Shown: positions 6,909 through 17,822, numbered from the stretch's first letter. The stretch is 27,192 bases of DNA from Candidatus Hermodarchaeota archaeon (GCA_016839805.1 JAEOTO010000017.1:1-27192); one strand, 5' to 3'. Translations and numbers: made by a program. The notes: generated by a model not told the origin, from the letters alone.

Positions 6909-8288
6909 TTGGAGGGACGATTTTTGGAGGAAAGAAAATTGCAATTTGGCAATAGAAGAAGAACGATACTGGCTGCGATCTCAATCTGCATCATGGCAAG
7001 TCTGCTACTCGCTGGTACGGCGGTCATGGCTCGGCCTCATCATGGCGTGTTCATTGTAGCACCCTCAGGTGATGTGTCAGGAGTCACGGATACGACCAAC
7101 ATACAGCAGGCACTTGACAACGCCATTGCGGCAGGAGGAGGAAGCACAGTGTTACTTGAGGAAGGTAACTTCTACCTCTGTGAAACCATAGTGGGAGTCA
7201 ACTTCGACGGAACATTCAAGGGTGCTGGAGCTGGACTGACGGTTCTGCACAGTGTGGAGAACTTCCCTGCTCAAGACACGGGCAACCTTGGCGTAGCAAA
7301 TCCGAGAATGCTGATGTTCTACCAGGATGAGTACTCGACTAGCACTCGTAGACATCCCTACAAGATACTGCTGCGTGACTTCTCCTTGAAAGTGGACCAA
7401 CCAACTGAGGAGTGGTATTTTGGTTACTTCAGGGCCATGAACGTGCTTGACCTCTATGGCAAGATCGATGGTCAATGGACTGAGGATGTGTCCTACTTCG
7501 ATGCCACCGTGAAGAATGTGGAGTTCTTGGGTGATGCTGGTGACGAATATGGCTACTTCGGCCTTAGCATTCAGAATGCTCTACTCATTCAAGGTGAGTG
7601 GGGCGCGGACTTTGCGAATGAGAGAATCAGCGGAAGGTATGTCGTTGAAGGTTGTCACTTCCAATACAGCGTCGGTTCAAGCGTCATGTTTGGATCATTC
7701 GGAGATTCACACATTCGAATAGTCCGAAACACCTACCAGGACACTCTGATCGGTCCAGAGCTCTATGACCTCGACAACTCACGTGCCGAGGTGGCATTCA
7801 ACGAGGTTGCCGGAGTTGGCTGGTACGGCACGTATGTGTGCAATGGCCTCTACGCGACCAGTCTTGAACCAAGTCGGGTTCTCATCCATCACAACCACAT
7901 TGAGTGTGCACCAGGTGCAAATGGCATCTGGCTTGACGACTCCCTTGCCGTACCGGGAGAGGTAGAGGGAGTCTCAGTCTTTGCGCATCACAACGAGATT
8001 GTCCTGAATGATCCATATAGTTGGGGTGTCTTCGGTTATGGTGCTCAGAAAGTGTGGCTAGTCCACAACACCATCCGTGGAAGTGGAGAAGCGGGAATCG
8101 TGACAGGAATCTGGGGTGATGCGGTAGAAGGGTGGAAGCTGGTCCTGAATGACCTTTCCGACTTCGACGCAGAGGTAGCAGACATCTGGTTGGGTCAGGG
8201 AACATCGCATTGTTGGCTAATCCATCGCGGACCCAGTGATTCAGTCCTCGACGAGGGCACTGACAACTGGCTGCTCCTCCTCCCGTAG
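6909..8288 (+). CDS. Secreted right-handed parallel beta-helix (pectin-lyase-like) repeat protein
   Basis: Signal-peptide-like RRRTILAAISICIMASLLLAG; DTTNIQQALDNA...TVLLEEGNFY cap; repeated (I/V)xxNxI motifs (IVRNTY, VAFNEV, IHHNHI, AHHNEI, LVHNTI). Start uncertain. Confidence 0.8.
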   Translation: MEGRFLEERKLQFGNRRRTILAAISICIMASLLLAGTAVMARPHHGVFIVAPSGDVSGVTDTTNIQQALDNAIAAGGGSTVLLEEGNFYLCETIVGVNFDGTFKGAGAGLTVLHSVENFPAQDTGNLGVANPRMLMFYQDEYSTSTRRHPYKILLRDFSLKVDQPTEEWYFGYFRAMNVLDLYGKIDGQWTEDVSYFDATVKNVEFLGDAGDEYGYFGLSIQNALLIQGEWGADFANERISGRYVVEGCHFQYSVGSSVMFGSFGDSHIRIVRNTYQDTLIGPELYDLDNSRAEVAFNEVAGVGWYGTYVCNGLYATSLEPSRVLIHHNHIECAPGANGIWLDDSLAVPGEVEGVSVFAHHNEIVLNDPYSWGVFGYGAQKVWLVHNTIRGSGEAGIVTGIWGDAVEGWKLVLNDLSDFDAEVADIWLGQGTSHCWLIHRGPSDSVLDEGTDNWLLLLP

Positions 8289-8534
8289 ATCGAGCGAGTC
8301 GTACGAGATTGGACAACATAAACGGTCGGGGTCGAACCCTTTCTAAGGTGGGATGTCCCGACCAAACCTCTCTTTTTCCTCTTCCACAACTAGAAAAACT
8401 TCTAGCCGATACGCTCAGGCTAGAATACACCTTCCTTCCCACAACCCCTTTCCTATTGGAGATTCTAGGTTTAACTTGAGAATCCCTTAAGAGATTTTGG
8501 TTTTGCCAACCTTTAACGGGGTTAACTCGTGGTT

Positions 8535-10010
8535 CTATTTGTGCTGTTTTGCCAGCCTTTTGACTTCAGTAATGTCAAGCTTTAATCCTTTTGCGACGCG
8601 GGTCCCATATTCTGGGTGAACTCTATAGAAGATAGCGGTTTGACGGAGTTGAATCTCTTTTTTGGCGTTTCCGAGGTGATCGACGATATTGCCGATGAGA
8701 TGATCTCGGTCACTGTCAGTCATTACCTTTTCGTAGAGGGCACGAGGCTGGATGAAGTCATCGTTGGGGTGACTATACGCGTGGCGACCAACTTTTCCGG
8801 TCACTTCGAATTGTGGTTCTGCTGTGGTTGGATCGGGTTCAGGTCCGCCCATACTGTTTGGCCAGTAGTTGGGATGACCACTAGTTTCTTCCCGTCGCAT
8901 GAATCCGTCACGTTGGTAGTTGTGAACTGGACCTTTGGGTGCGTTGATGGGGAGTTGTTCATAGTTAGCTCCTAGACGATATCGGTGAGCGTCATGGTAG
9001 GAGAATATGCGTCCTTGCAGCATCTTGTCAGGTGATGCAGCGATACCAGGTACGAAGTTACCGGGGCAGAATGCTGATTGCTCCACATCCGCGAAATAAT
9101 TGGTGGGGTTGCGGTTGAGGACCATCCGTCCTAGGGGTTTGACAGGGTAGTCACCGTGTGGCCAGACTTTGGTGATGTCAAAGATGTTGAAGCGGTATTT
9201 TTCGGCATCTTCCGGAGGCATTATTTGTACTTCGACATTCCAGGCGGGGTAGTCACCCCGTTCGATAGCATCGTATAGGTCGCGAGTCGCGTGGTCAGGG
9301 TCCTTGCCTTTCATGATTTCGGCTTCTTGTCTTGTGAAGTTTTGAATGCGTTGGGCGGTTTTGAAGTGGTATTTGACCCACCAGTATTCGCCTTGGTCGT
9401 TGTACCATTTGTAGGTGTGTCCGCTGTAGCCGTTCATGTGCCGATGCGTTTTGGGTGTGCCTCTATCGGAAAAGAGGATGGTGACTTGGTGGATGGATTC
9501 GGGGGTGAGGGAAAGGAAATCCCAGAACATATCTGGGTCTTTGGTGTTTGTGGCGGGATTGCGTTTCTGAGTATGGATGAAATCGGGGAATTTCATAGGG
9601 TCACGAATGAAGAAGACGGGTGTGTTGTTCATCACCAGGTCATAGTTGCCTTCTTCTGTGTAGATCTTTACGGCAAAGCCGCGAGGATCTCTTTCAGCAT
9701 CGGCTGATCCCTTCTCGCCCCCGACAGTTGAGAATCGAACAAAAAGATCGGTTTTCTTGCCAACCTTTGACAGGAATTTTGCTTTTGTGTATTTCGAGAG
9801 GTCATGGGTGACTTCAAGGTACCCAAAAGCTCCCGCACCTTTAGCATGGACGACTCTTTCAGGGATTCGTTCGCGGTTGAAATGGGCAAGTTTATGGACA
9901 AGGTGGACATCCTGTAGAAGAACTGGACCAGGATCACCGGCCGTTACACTATTTTGGTCATCATCCACGGGAGAGCCAAAACTGGTTGTATACCTTTTTT
10001 TCTTCGCCAA
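8535..10010 (-). CDS. katA: Monofunctional heme catalase, small-subunit type
   Basis: [42 protein letters not shown] heme-ligand motif; TTG start preceded by GGAG. Confidence 0.97.
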   Translation of the reverse strand: MAKKKRYTTSFGSPVDDDQNSVTAGDPGPVLLQDVHLVHKLAHFNRERIPERVVHAKGAGAFGYLEVTHDLSKYTKAKFLSKVGKKTDLFVRFSTVGGEKGSADAERDPRGFAVKIYTEEGNYDLVMNNTPVFFIRDPMKFPDFIHTQKRNPATNTKDPDMFWDFLSLTPESIHQVTILFSDRGTPKTHRHMNGYSGHTYKWYNDQGEYWWVKYHFKTAQRIQNFTRQEAEIMKGKDPDHATRDLYDAIERGDYPAWNVEVQIMPPEDAEKYRFNIFDITKVWPHGDYPVKPLGRMVLNRNPTNYFADVEQSAFCPGNFVPGIAASPDKMLQGRIFSYHDAHRYRLGANYEQLPINAPKGPVHNYQRDGFMRREETSGHPNYWPNSMGGPEPDPTTAEPQFEVTGKVGRHAYSHPNDDFIQPRALYEKVMTDSDRDHLIGNIVDHLGNAKKEIQLRQTAIFYRVHPEYGTRVAKGLKLDITEVKRLAKQHK

Positions 10011-10189
10011 TACTTACTCCTCCAAGATTTGATTAATCAGAGGTAGTACTGTTCAGCTTTAAATTCCCTTACCTCTTTCTAGTCACTAAAGTTATTGATG
10101 ACATTAGTGAGACATGAGTTTAGGGAAATCTCAACGATATTAAATAGGAGAGTGTTCAATGATTTTCTAATCCTTATGGAGGATTTAAT

Positions 10190-12589
10190 ATGTCAAAATT
10201 AGATGCACGACAACTTCGGGCTCGATGTCCAGTGCGTGAATTCGCCTGTAAGACCAGTGCTGAGTTATCTCTCTTGGAAGGTGTCGTGGGGCAACCCCGT
10301 GCCCTCAATGCAATGCAATTCGGGTTAGAAATTCCTGATAAAGGCTTCAATATTTATGTAGCGGGTATGCCCGGAACAGGGCGATCTACAGCGATTGAAC
10401 GATTTTTAAAGGAACTTGCAGCAGCTCAACCAGTCCCATCAGATTGGTGTTATGTGACTAATTATGCTAATCAGTTTATACCAAAGGCTCTTGAGTTTCC
10501 TGCTGGGATGGGGAAAGTCTTTGTTAATAAGGTTGATCGGTTTATTGAAGCTTCACGAACGTCAATTCAGCAAATGTTAGAAAGTGAGGAATACGCGAAG
10601 CAACGTGAAGAACAAACTCAGATCTTCGAAGCTCAACGAGATAAATTAACTGAAGAGATGCGATCGAAAGCCCAGGAAGCTGGTTTCGTTTTGCAGGGCA
10701 CACAAACTGGATTACTTATGGTACCCATAATCAAGGGACAACCCATCACTCCTGAAATGATAGCTCAACTAAAACCTGAGGCTCGGAAGGAAATTGAATC
10801 TCGGCGAAACGCATTAGAAAAGGAACTCCGGGCAACTTTCCGGAAACTTAGGAATCTCGAACGGGAGCTTCGTGAGAAACTCCGTCAAATGGAAGAGAAA
10901 GCGGTTCGATTCACCCTTGAACCCTTAATTGCTGAGCTTGAAGAAGAATATCAGGGAAATGAAAAAGCGGTAAAATGGGTTCATGAGCTTTCAGATGATT
11001 TGATTGAGAACCTTAACCAATTCATTGGTCGCCAACCCGAAGGACTCCCACCCCTACTAGCTGCTCGAATTCCATCACCAGAAGATTTTGCTCAACGCTA
11101 TAAAGTAAATTTGATCGTTGATAATTCAGAGCAGGATGGAGCACCCATTGTCATTGTTTCCAATGCGACATACACAAATCTCTTCGGACGAGTAGAAAAG
11201 GAACCGCGGTTTGGCGCCCTAGTGACTGATACAACCATGATTCGGGCGGGTGATCTTCATCGCGCCAATGGCGGATATCTTGTCATCCCGGTTCGTGAAA
11301 TGTTAATGAATCCAGTTTCATATCCGGCGCTGAAACGCGCACTTCAGAATGATCAAGTTGGCATGGAAGAAGCCTCTGAAGTTATGGGATTCCTAACCGT
11401 CAAAACCCTTCATCCAGAACCAATTCCTCTGAAGCTAAAAGTTATACTCCTTGGTGAACCAATGTGGTATCAACAGCTCTATCAACTTGACCCTGATTTC
11501 CGTGAACTGTTCAAAGTGAAAGCAGATTTTGATACAACGATGGATCGCAACCAAGATTCAGTAAGAATCTATGGCGACTTTGTGTGTACCCTTACGGAGA
11601 AAGAGTCGCTTCTGCCATTAACCGTTCAAGCTATCGCTGAGGTTGTAGATTTCAGCTCACGGCTGGCAGATAGTAAAGATAAACTTTCAACACGATTCGA
11701 CGTCGTCTCTGATGTGATTCGTGAAGCCAACTTCTATGCGAAAAAAGAAGATAAAAAAGAGATTGGATTATCCCACATCAAAAAAACCATTGATGAACGC
11801 TATTTTCGATCCAGCTTATACGCGGAGAAAATCCGAGAGTATATTAAGAAAGGTGTGGTTCTCATTGACACCGAAGGAGACGTGGTAGGGCAAATCAATG
11901 GGCTTTCTGTACTTTCACTGGGTGATTTCACTTTCGGACAACCTTCTCGAATTACCGCTACAGTAGCACCAGGACGTGGTCAAGTAATTGACATCGAACG
12001 TGAAGCCCAGCTTAGTGGCCCTCTCCAAATCAAAGGAGTTCAAATTCTCACTGGGTTCCTTCACGAATCCTTTGGTCAAGATAAACCCTTGAGCTTGTCT
12101 GCTCGAATTACTTTTGAACAAAGCTACGGTGGAGTTGATGGAGATAGTGCCAGCAGCACGGAGCTATATGCTATGCTATCTGCCCTTTCTGAAGTTCCTA
12201 TTCAGCAGCGTTTTGCTGTTACGGGATCAGTTAACCAACATGGTCAAGTACAAGCTATTGGTGGGGTCAACCAGAAAATCGAGGGTTATTTTGCGGTGTG
12301 CAAAGAAATCGGCTTAACGGGTGAACAGGGTGTTCTTGTTCCGAAATCTAATGTTCAAAACCTCATGCTTAAGGATGAGGTGATTGAAGCAGTCGAGGCA
12401 GGAAAATTCCATATCTTCTCGGTCGAGACAATTGAAGAAGGTATTGAACTTTTGACGGGTATGCCTGCTGGGAAACGACAAGTTGATGGCAAATTCCCAT
12501 CAGATTCAATCTTCGGACGAGTGGATAAACGGTTACGAGAAATGGCAAATATCATGCGAGAACATAACCGACCCGATGTTGGAAATTAA
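10190..12589 (+). CDS. Lon-like (LonC-type) AAA+ protease with coiled-coil insertion
   Basis: GQPRA, Walker-A-like GMPGTGRS, LHRANGGYL, LFKVKADFD, Lon protease domain with DGDSAS (Ser) and IGGVNQKIEG (Lys) dyad; SD GGAGG upstream. Confidence 0.93.
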   Translation: MSKLDARQLRARCPVREFACKTSAELSLLEGVVGQPRALNAMQFGLEIPDKGFNIYVAGMPGTGRSTAIERFLKELAAAQPVPSDWCYVTNYANQFIPKALEFPAGMGKVFVNKVDRFIEASRTSIQQMLESEEYAKQREEQTQIFEAQRDKLTEEMRSKAQEAGFVLQGTQTGLLMVPIIKGQPITPEMIAQLKPEARKEIESRRNALEKELRATFRKLRNLERELREKLRQMEEKAVRFTLEPLIAELEEEYQGNEKAVKWVHELSDDLIENLNQFIGRQPEGLPPLLAARIPSPEDFAQRYKVNLIVDNSEQDGAPIVIVSNATYTNLFGRVEKEPRFGALVTDTTMIRAGDLHRANGGYLVIPVREMLMNPVSYPALKRALQNDQVGMEEASEVMGFLTVKTLHPEPIPLKLKVILLGEPMWYQQLYQLDPDFRELFKVKADFDTTMDRNQDSVRIYGDFVCTLTEKESLLPLTVQAIAEVVDFSSRLADSKDKLSTRFDVVSDVIREANFYAKKEDKKEIGLSHIKKTIDERYFRSSLYAEKIREYIKKGVVLIDTEGDVVGQINGLSVLSLGDFTFGQPSRITATVAPGRGQVIDIEREAQLSGPLQIKGVQILTGFLHESFGQDKPLSLSARITFEQSYGGVDGDSASSTELYAMLSALSEVPIQQRFAVTGSVNQHGQVQAIGGVNQKIEGYFAVCKEIGLTGEQGVLVPKSNVQNLMLKDEVIEAVEAGKFHIFSVETIEEGIELLTGMPAGKRQVDGKFPSDSIFGRVDKRLREMANIMREHNRPDVGN

Positions 12590-12645
12590 CTGCGCAATTC
12601 ACTTTTAAGCATAGTCTACACAAATCCCTGCTAGGGAAAGCTTGT

Positions 12646-15519
12646 ATGCCATCTAGCGGAGAAACTCAATCAGATCAAGAGGCGATTGTCAACCCTCATA
12701 GTCAGAGTGCAACAAAGTTGGCAAAACAGCTTGGTACGGATCTTAATAATGGATTAATGAGTGGCGAAGCTCTGAACCGGTTAGACAAATATGGACCTAA
12801 CAAGCTCCCCCGAATTCGTGGGTCCTTTTGGAGAGTGTATTTAGCACCAATCCTAAATGGACTCATCCTCATTTACTTGATTGTAATCGTTATTCTGTCA
12901 GCAATTGTCATTTTCTTTGATACTCCTGGAACCTCAAATGTGATTGTCTGGATCGTTATCATTGCTTTTAACGCGCTTTTGGCTATTGTTCAACAATACC
13001 GAGCACAGAAACAACTCGAAGCTCTTCAATCACTTACAGCGGATACAACTATGGTTATTCGAGAAGGACTGAAGAAAGAAATACGCGCAGATGATGTAGT
13101 TCCTGGGGATGTCGTTGTTCTCGCACAGGGTGATCGAATTCCTGCTGATGGTCGACTCTTAGAGGCAAACCAATTAACCACCGTTGAAGCTTCTTTAACG
13201 GGCGAAAGTGCACCTGTGACGAAGATGGCTACACGAGCACCATTAAATCCTGAACTACCCTTACATGCTCGTCACAATATGGTCTATAATGGGACTTATG
13301 TCGCAACAGGCTCTGGTCGATTTCTTGTAACCGGGACTGGTGTAACAACCGAAATTGGTGATATCAGTCAAGGCTTGGAAACCCTGAACACTGGGGACAT
13401 ACCACTTCGTCGAAAGGTTAATCGGCTGGCAATTTATCTTGGTGCGACTGCGATTTTTCTTGGTCTATTAGGTTTTATCTCTTACATGCTGTTTCCCAGG
13501 TCTGTTAATGGTATAATTCTAACTCCACCTGAGGTTGCGGTAGAAGCGATTATTAACGCTATGACAGTGATGCCAATCAACATACCCTTACTCACTACGA
13601 TCGTATTGCTGACCGGCGTCTTAGCCATGGCTGGGGTTGGGGTTATTGTGAGTAATCTCTCAGCCGTTGAAAGTCTTGGACGGGTCAGCATCATTTGTAC
13701 TGACAAAACAGGAACTCTAACGAGAAGTGAGATGATGGTGAGTCTCATCTGGGATGGAACTCGTTTGTTTCATGTCACTGGACAGGGATATGATCCTGAG
13801 GGAGAAATCCATTTAGTAAAAAATCGCTCAGATCTCACGGACACAACCCTAGAGCAACCAGTGAACATCGAGGATTATGATCAACTAGCCCTGTTGATTC
13901 GGATTGGTTCATTAAATAATGACGCTCAAATTTTGTCAGAAACAAATCCTGATCTAAATGTTGTTCAATGGCGTGCTATTGGTGACCCAACTGAAGCAGC
14001 ATTGTTGGTTCTTCTTCATAAGAGTGGGATTGTGGAAGACGCATTACGTGCAGCATATACGGTAGTTCAAGACCATCCCTTCGATTCAAGGTTAAAACGC
14101 ATGACCCGGGTCTTTACACATCCCGAAGGAGGGTATATTGCTTTTGTCAAGGGGGCAACAGATAGCCTACTACCATTGTGTAATCAAATCGGAGATGACC
14201 GGTCCTCACAAAAACTTACCAAAAAGCAAATGAAAGCGATTGAAAAATACGCTAATGAGTTTGCGGCAGGAGGATATAGAGTTCTCTCCTTTGCTATACG
14301 TCGCTTCACAAAATTACCGCCAGGACATGGACAGACACTTCGTGATGCCATCGAACAAGACTTGACCTACGTTGGGTTCGTATCCATCGTCGATCCACCA
14401 CGAGAGGGCGTTCGTGAAGCCGTAATAGAAGTTGCGAATGCCGGAATTAAAACTGTCATGATTACTGGCGATGCCGCTGCCACCGCAGAAACGATTGGTC
14501 GACAACTTGCAATTGTCAAAGAAGAGGATTATGTCATTGAAGGAAAGGATGTCCGAAATATTAACGATGCACAATTCAATCATGCAAGCGTCTTCGCACG
14601 AGTGGATCCAGAGGATAAGCAAATCATCGTACAACGCTACAAAGACGCTAAACGGGCTGTAGCGGTCACCGGTGATGGAGTAAATGATGCGCTTGCGTTA
14701 AGCATGAGTGACGTCGGTATTGCAATGGGAATAACTGGCACGGATGTCGCAAAAGAAGCCGCTGATATGATTATCGCAGACGATAGTTACAACTCTATTG
14801 TTGAAGGCGTGCGCCAAGGTCGAGGACTCTTCAACAAAATTCGGATGATGATTTTCTTCTATATCTGTATCAACGTAGGAGAATCCATCCTCTTTTTTGG
14901 TACATTCCTATTAGGTATCCCATTTCTCACTCCCAGTCAACATATTTTTCTTACTATCTCGAGTCATAGCTGGCCAGGTCTCGCCCTTGTCTTTGATCGG
15001 ACGGCGAAATATGTGATGGAGGAAAGACCCCGAAACACTGAAGCTATTATTACAAAACGCCTTGGATTTTACTTGCTCCTCAATGCGTTCCTCATCTTTC
15101 TCGGTGCGGCAACTGCCTTCTATTTTACCACTACTGCAATTTTACCTGGGAGCGAATTTCTAGAGCCACACAGCCCTTTCGCTGTCCAAAAAGCCCTTGT
15201 ATTGACGATTGCCGTTCTGCTTTTTACTGAATCCTTAATGATTCTCAGTATTCGTCGAATCAACCAATCTCTTGTCCGATCAATACGATTTGAAAGCTAT
15301 TGGCTCATCTATGTCCTCATTGGCTTGGTCTTCCTTATGTTTGCAGGGTTGATGTATATCCCCGCTGTAAACCTCTTCCTCGTTAGTTTGGGCATTGATT
15401 TCCAATTTATACCCTTATCTGCCATAGACTGGCTTGTCGCTTTTCTCCTTGCAACACCAGCAATTTTTGGAATGGAATTAGTTAAGTGGGTCAGCCGAAA
15501 ACGTGATATCTACTTTTGA
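12646..15519 (+). CDS. P-type ATPase, P2A-like scaffold with atypical transmembrane site
   Basis: LTGES, ICTDKTGTLT, GDPTE, KGA, DPPR, MITGD, TGDGVNDA motifs and about 10 TM segments. M4 motif reads PINIP instead of PEGLP. Confidence 0.95.
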   Translation: MPSSGETQSDQEAIVNPHSQSATKLAKQLGTDLNNGLMSGEALNRLDKYGPNKLPRIRGSFWRVYLAPILNGLILIYLIVIVILSAIVIFFDTPGTSNVIVWIVIIAFNALLAIVQQYRAQKQLEALQSLTADTTMVIREGLKKEIRADDVVPGDVVVLAQGDRIPADGRLLEANQLTTVEASLTGESAPVTKMATRAPLNPELPLHARHNMVYNGTYVATGSGRFLVTGTGVTTEIGDISQGLETLNTGDIPLRRKVNRLAIYLGATAIFLGLLGFISYMLFPRSVNGIILTPPEVAVEAIINAMTVMPINIPLLTTIVLLTGVLAMAGVGVIVSNLSAVESLGRVSIICTDKTGTLTRSEMMVSLIWDGTRLFHVTGQGYDPEGEIHLVKNRSDLTDTTLEQPVNIEDYDQLALLIRIGSLNNDAQILSETNPDLNVVQWRAIGDPTEAALLVLLHKSGIVEDALRAAYTVVQDHPFDSRLKRMTRVFTHPEGGYIAFVKGATDSLLPLCNQIGDDRSSQKLTKKQMKAIEKYANEFAAGGYRVLSFAIRRFTKLPPGHGQTLRDAIEQDLTYVGFVSIVDPPREGVREAVIEVANAGIKTVMITGDAAATAETIGRQLAIVKEEDYVIEGKDVRNINDAQFNHASVFARVDPEDKQIIVQRYKDAKRAVAVTGDGVNDALALSMSDVGIAMGITGTDVAKEAADMIIADDSYNSIVEGVRQGRGLFNKIRMMIFFYICINVGESILFFGTFLLGIPFLTPSQHIFLTISSHSWPGLALVFDRTAKYVMEERPRNTEAIITKRLGFYLLLNAFLIFLGAATAFYFTTTAILPGSEFLEPHSPFAVQKALVLTIAVLLFTESLMILSIRRINQSLVRSIRFESYWLIYVLIGLVFLMFAGLMYIPAVNLFLVSLGIDFQFIPLSAIDWLVAFLLATPAIFGMELVKWVSRKRDIYF

Positions 15520-15588
15520 ACTGTTCCTCAATCCAAAACTTTTTCCTTCCTACTTAATACACTCACAGTTCCAAGACGGTGATTAACT

Positions 15589-16704
15589 ATGGTTGATGAG
15601 CGAATTTCTCGACTAGCTCGACTTACTGTTGAATATTCCATCGGAGTAAAAAAGGATGAATTAATTGGAATTAGTGCTCCTGCTTTTGCTGAACCCCTTG
15701 TTCTCGAATTAACTCGGGAAATTATCAAAGCCGGCGGATATCCCTATACCCGCATTTACTTACCCCGTACTCAAGAAATATTTTACAAATATGCTCAAAA
15801 TCATCAACTCGACTATGTCAATCCACTCATGCTTGACATGATTGAGAAAGTAGATGGCTACATTGTCATTTATTCCTCTGACAACCGAAAAGCGTTAACG
15901 AACGTTGATCCTGCGAAACAAGCCCGAGCAGCTAAAGCGCAAACTGAACTCCAAGAACGTTTCACTGCTCGGCTGAAACAGGGTTGGTATGCTCTAGTTC
16001 CCTATCCTTCTCCCAGTCTCGCTCAAGAAGGTAACATGGGTACCGAAGAATATGAAGAATTCGTTTATCATGCCTGTCTAGTTGACAAACCAAACCCTGT
16101 GAAGCTATGGAAAAAGATTAGTGAAAAGCAAGCAAAAATCACAGCTTATCTTAATACCAAAAAGATGGTTCGATTTGAAAGTACCGATGTCGATTTTTCT
16201 GCCAAAGTGACTGGACGCAACTGGGTCAATGCAGACGGACATCTCAATATGCCTGATGGAGAGGTGTTTACATCGCCTATTGAGGACAGTGTGGAAGGAA
16301 CTATTCGCTTCAGTTATCCGGGTATATTCATGGGTAAGGAAGTCGAAGGAATCGAATTGACCTTTAAGAGGGGTGTCGTAGTCAAAGGCACGGCTGAAAA
16401 GGGTCAAGATCTTTTAAATCACATTCTTGGAATTGATGAGGGTGCCCAACGTCTGGGTGAAATTGCCATAGGGACAAATCCGGGTATCACGAAGTTTACA
16501 AAGAATATTTTGTTTGATGAAAAGCTGACTGGCACTATTCATTGTGCATTGGGTAATGGGTTTGAGGAAGCTGGAGGAAAGAACAAATCAGCGATTCACT
16601 GGGATCTCTTAGCTAACATGACTAAAGATGGCAAAATTTTCGCAGATGATGAACTCTTCTATAAGAATGGGAAGTTCCTCATGATGGTCATTGAGGCAAA
16701 GTGA
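15589..16704 (+). CDS. Aminopeptidase, M29 (AmpS/AmpT) family
   Basis: NMPDGEVFTSP, LGEIAIG, ILFDEK, HCALG, SAIHWD motifs. Confidence 0.93.
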   Translation: MVDERISRLARLTVEYSIGVKKDELIGISAPAFAEPLVLELTREIIKAGGYPYTRIYLPRTQEIFYKYAQNHQLDYVNPLMLDMIEKVDGYIVIYSSDNRKALTNVDPAKQARAAKAQTELQERFTARLKQGWYALVPYPSPSLAQEGNMGTEEYEEFVYHACLVDKPNPVKLWKKISEKQAKITAYLNTKKMVRFESTDVDFSAKVTGRNWVNADGHLNMPDGEVFTSPIEDSVEGTIRFSYPGIFMGKEVEGIELTFKRGVVVKGTAEKGQDLLNHILGIDEGAQRLGEIAIGTNPGITKFTKNILFDEKLTGTIHCALGNGFEEAGGKNKSAIHWDLLANMTKDGKIFADDELFYKNGKFLMMVIEAK

Positions 16705-16713
16705 TAAATCGAA

Positions 16714-16944
16714 CTATCTAGTACGAACTGACTCCATTTTGAAAATTACTTTACAACCCTTTAGGGTAGCATGCACTTGATTTGCTACCTCAATCATATC
16801 CTGTACAGAGCCGTTCTCATCCCATTCGATGACAAAATCATGTTCTCCTGCGATGGGTTGGAATCCCATTCGCATCAGCCGCTCAACGACTTCGCTGGGA
16901 GCTGCCCCTTCACTACTCAGATAGATAGTTAGGTAGCTTTTCAT
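16714..16944 (-). CDS. Small hypothetical protein (ferredoxin-like alpha/beta pattern)
   Basis: 76-aa ATG ORF with upstream GGAGG, globular composition (SSEGAAPSEV...GFQPIAGEHDFVIEW), fills the gap convergent to the aminopeptidase. Confidence 0.8.
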   Translation of the reverse strand: MKSYLTIYLSSEGAAPSEVVERLMRMGFQPIAGEHDFVIEWDENGSVQDMIEVANQVHATLKGCKVIFKMESVRTR

Positions 16945-17096
16945 ATTCTGAAGCCTCCAGAGAATACATGAAACGGGGTAACAAGCTATTTATCCCTAAT
17001 CAATGCGGCATAGTCCCTCATAGCTCCAATGTACTCGGGAAATGCGAAAAGGCTATTTGAATATTCATCACATTAAGCGCTCTAGAGATGTATTGA

Positions 17097-17669
17097 ATGT
17101 CAAAGAAGTCTCGTTTACCTCCTGGACAACGTTGGATTACTGGATTCCCCGTTCGAACTGCTGAACGGATGCCTGACCCCTTTAATCCAGAGACTTGGAA
17201 CCTCACGGTTGATGGGGAGGTCAAAACCCCACTCGTTTTTTCTTATGATGAATTCTGTGCTTTACCTGTTACCACTCAGATTAGTGATTTTCACTGCGTT
17301 GAGGGGTGGTCTGTTCCTGATAACAAATGGGAAGGTGTCCTCTTCAAGGAAATAGCTAACCGCGTCAAACCCAAGTCTTCAGCCAAATATGTACTATTTC
17401 ATGCTGAACACGAATACACCTCTTCTATTGCTCTTGACGTTGTTGTGGAGGAAGATGTAATTCTCGCCTGGAATCGCAACGATGAACCTCTCCATGTGGA
17501 AGACGGGTGGCCCCTACGCCTAGTAATCCCACGTCTTTATGCCTACAAAAGCGTGAAATGGGTTCGTCGCATCACCTTTCTCAAAGATGTTGAACTGGGA
17601 TTTTGGGAAAAACGGGGCTATCATCAGGAAGCTGATCCTTGGCTAAGTCAACGGTTCGCTCAACGCTAG
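17097..17669 (+). CDS. Sulfite-oxidase-family molybdopterin-binding oxidoreductase (YuiH-like)
   Basis: RLPPGQ, DFHCVEGWS (Mo-ligand Cys), GWPLRLVIP, YAYKSVKWV, GFWEKRGY. Confidence 0.92.
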   Translation: MSKKSRLPPGQRWITGFPVRTAERMPDPFNPETWNLTVDGEVKTPLVFSYDEFCALPVTTQISDFHCVEGWSVPDNKWEGVLFKEIANRVKPKSSAKYVLFHAEHEYTSSIALDVVVEEDVILAWNRNDEPLHVEDGWPLRLVIPRLYAYKSVKWVRRITFLKDVELGFWEKRGYHQEADPWLSQRFAQR

Positions 17670-17677
17670 GATGTTCC

Positions 17678-17822
17678 AAAAAAAGGAATAAGGCCCTTGC
17701 GGGCCTTAGCGACTCCTTTGCAGGAGTCAAGGACTGGGAGAGCATTCACTTCTGTTGCATCTGAGAGTATAAGGTTAGGTACTCCCCAAGCATACACCTA
17801 CATGATGCCTGGTTCTAGCTCT
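17678..17822 (-). ncRNA. Candidate structured small RNA (~145 nt)
   Basis: TTTAAA about 20-25 nt upstream on the minus strand, several stems, two perfect GCAA-tetraloop hairpins (17711-17728, 17689-17708) and a U7 run (17678-17684). No family recognised. Confidence 0.45.
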
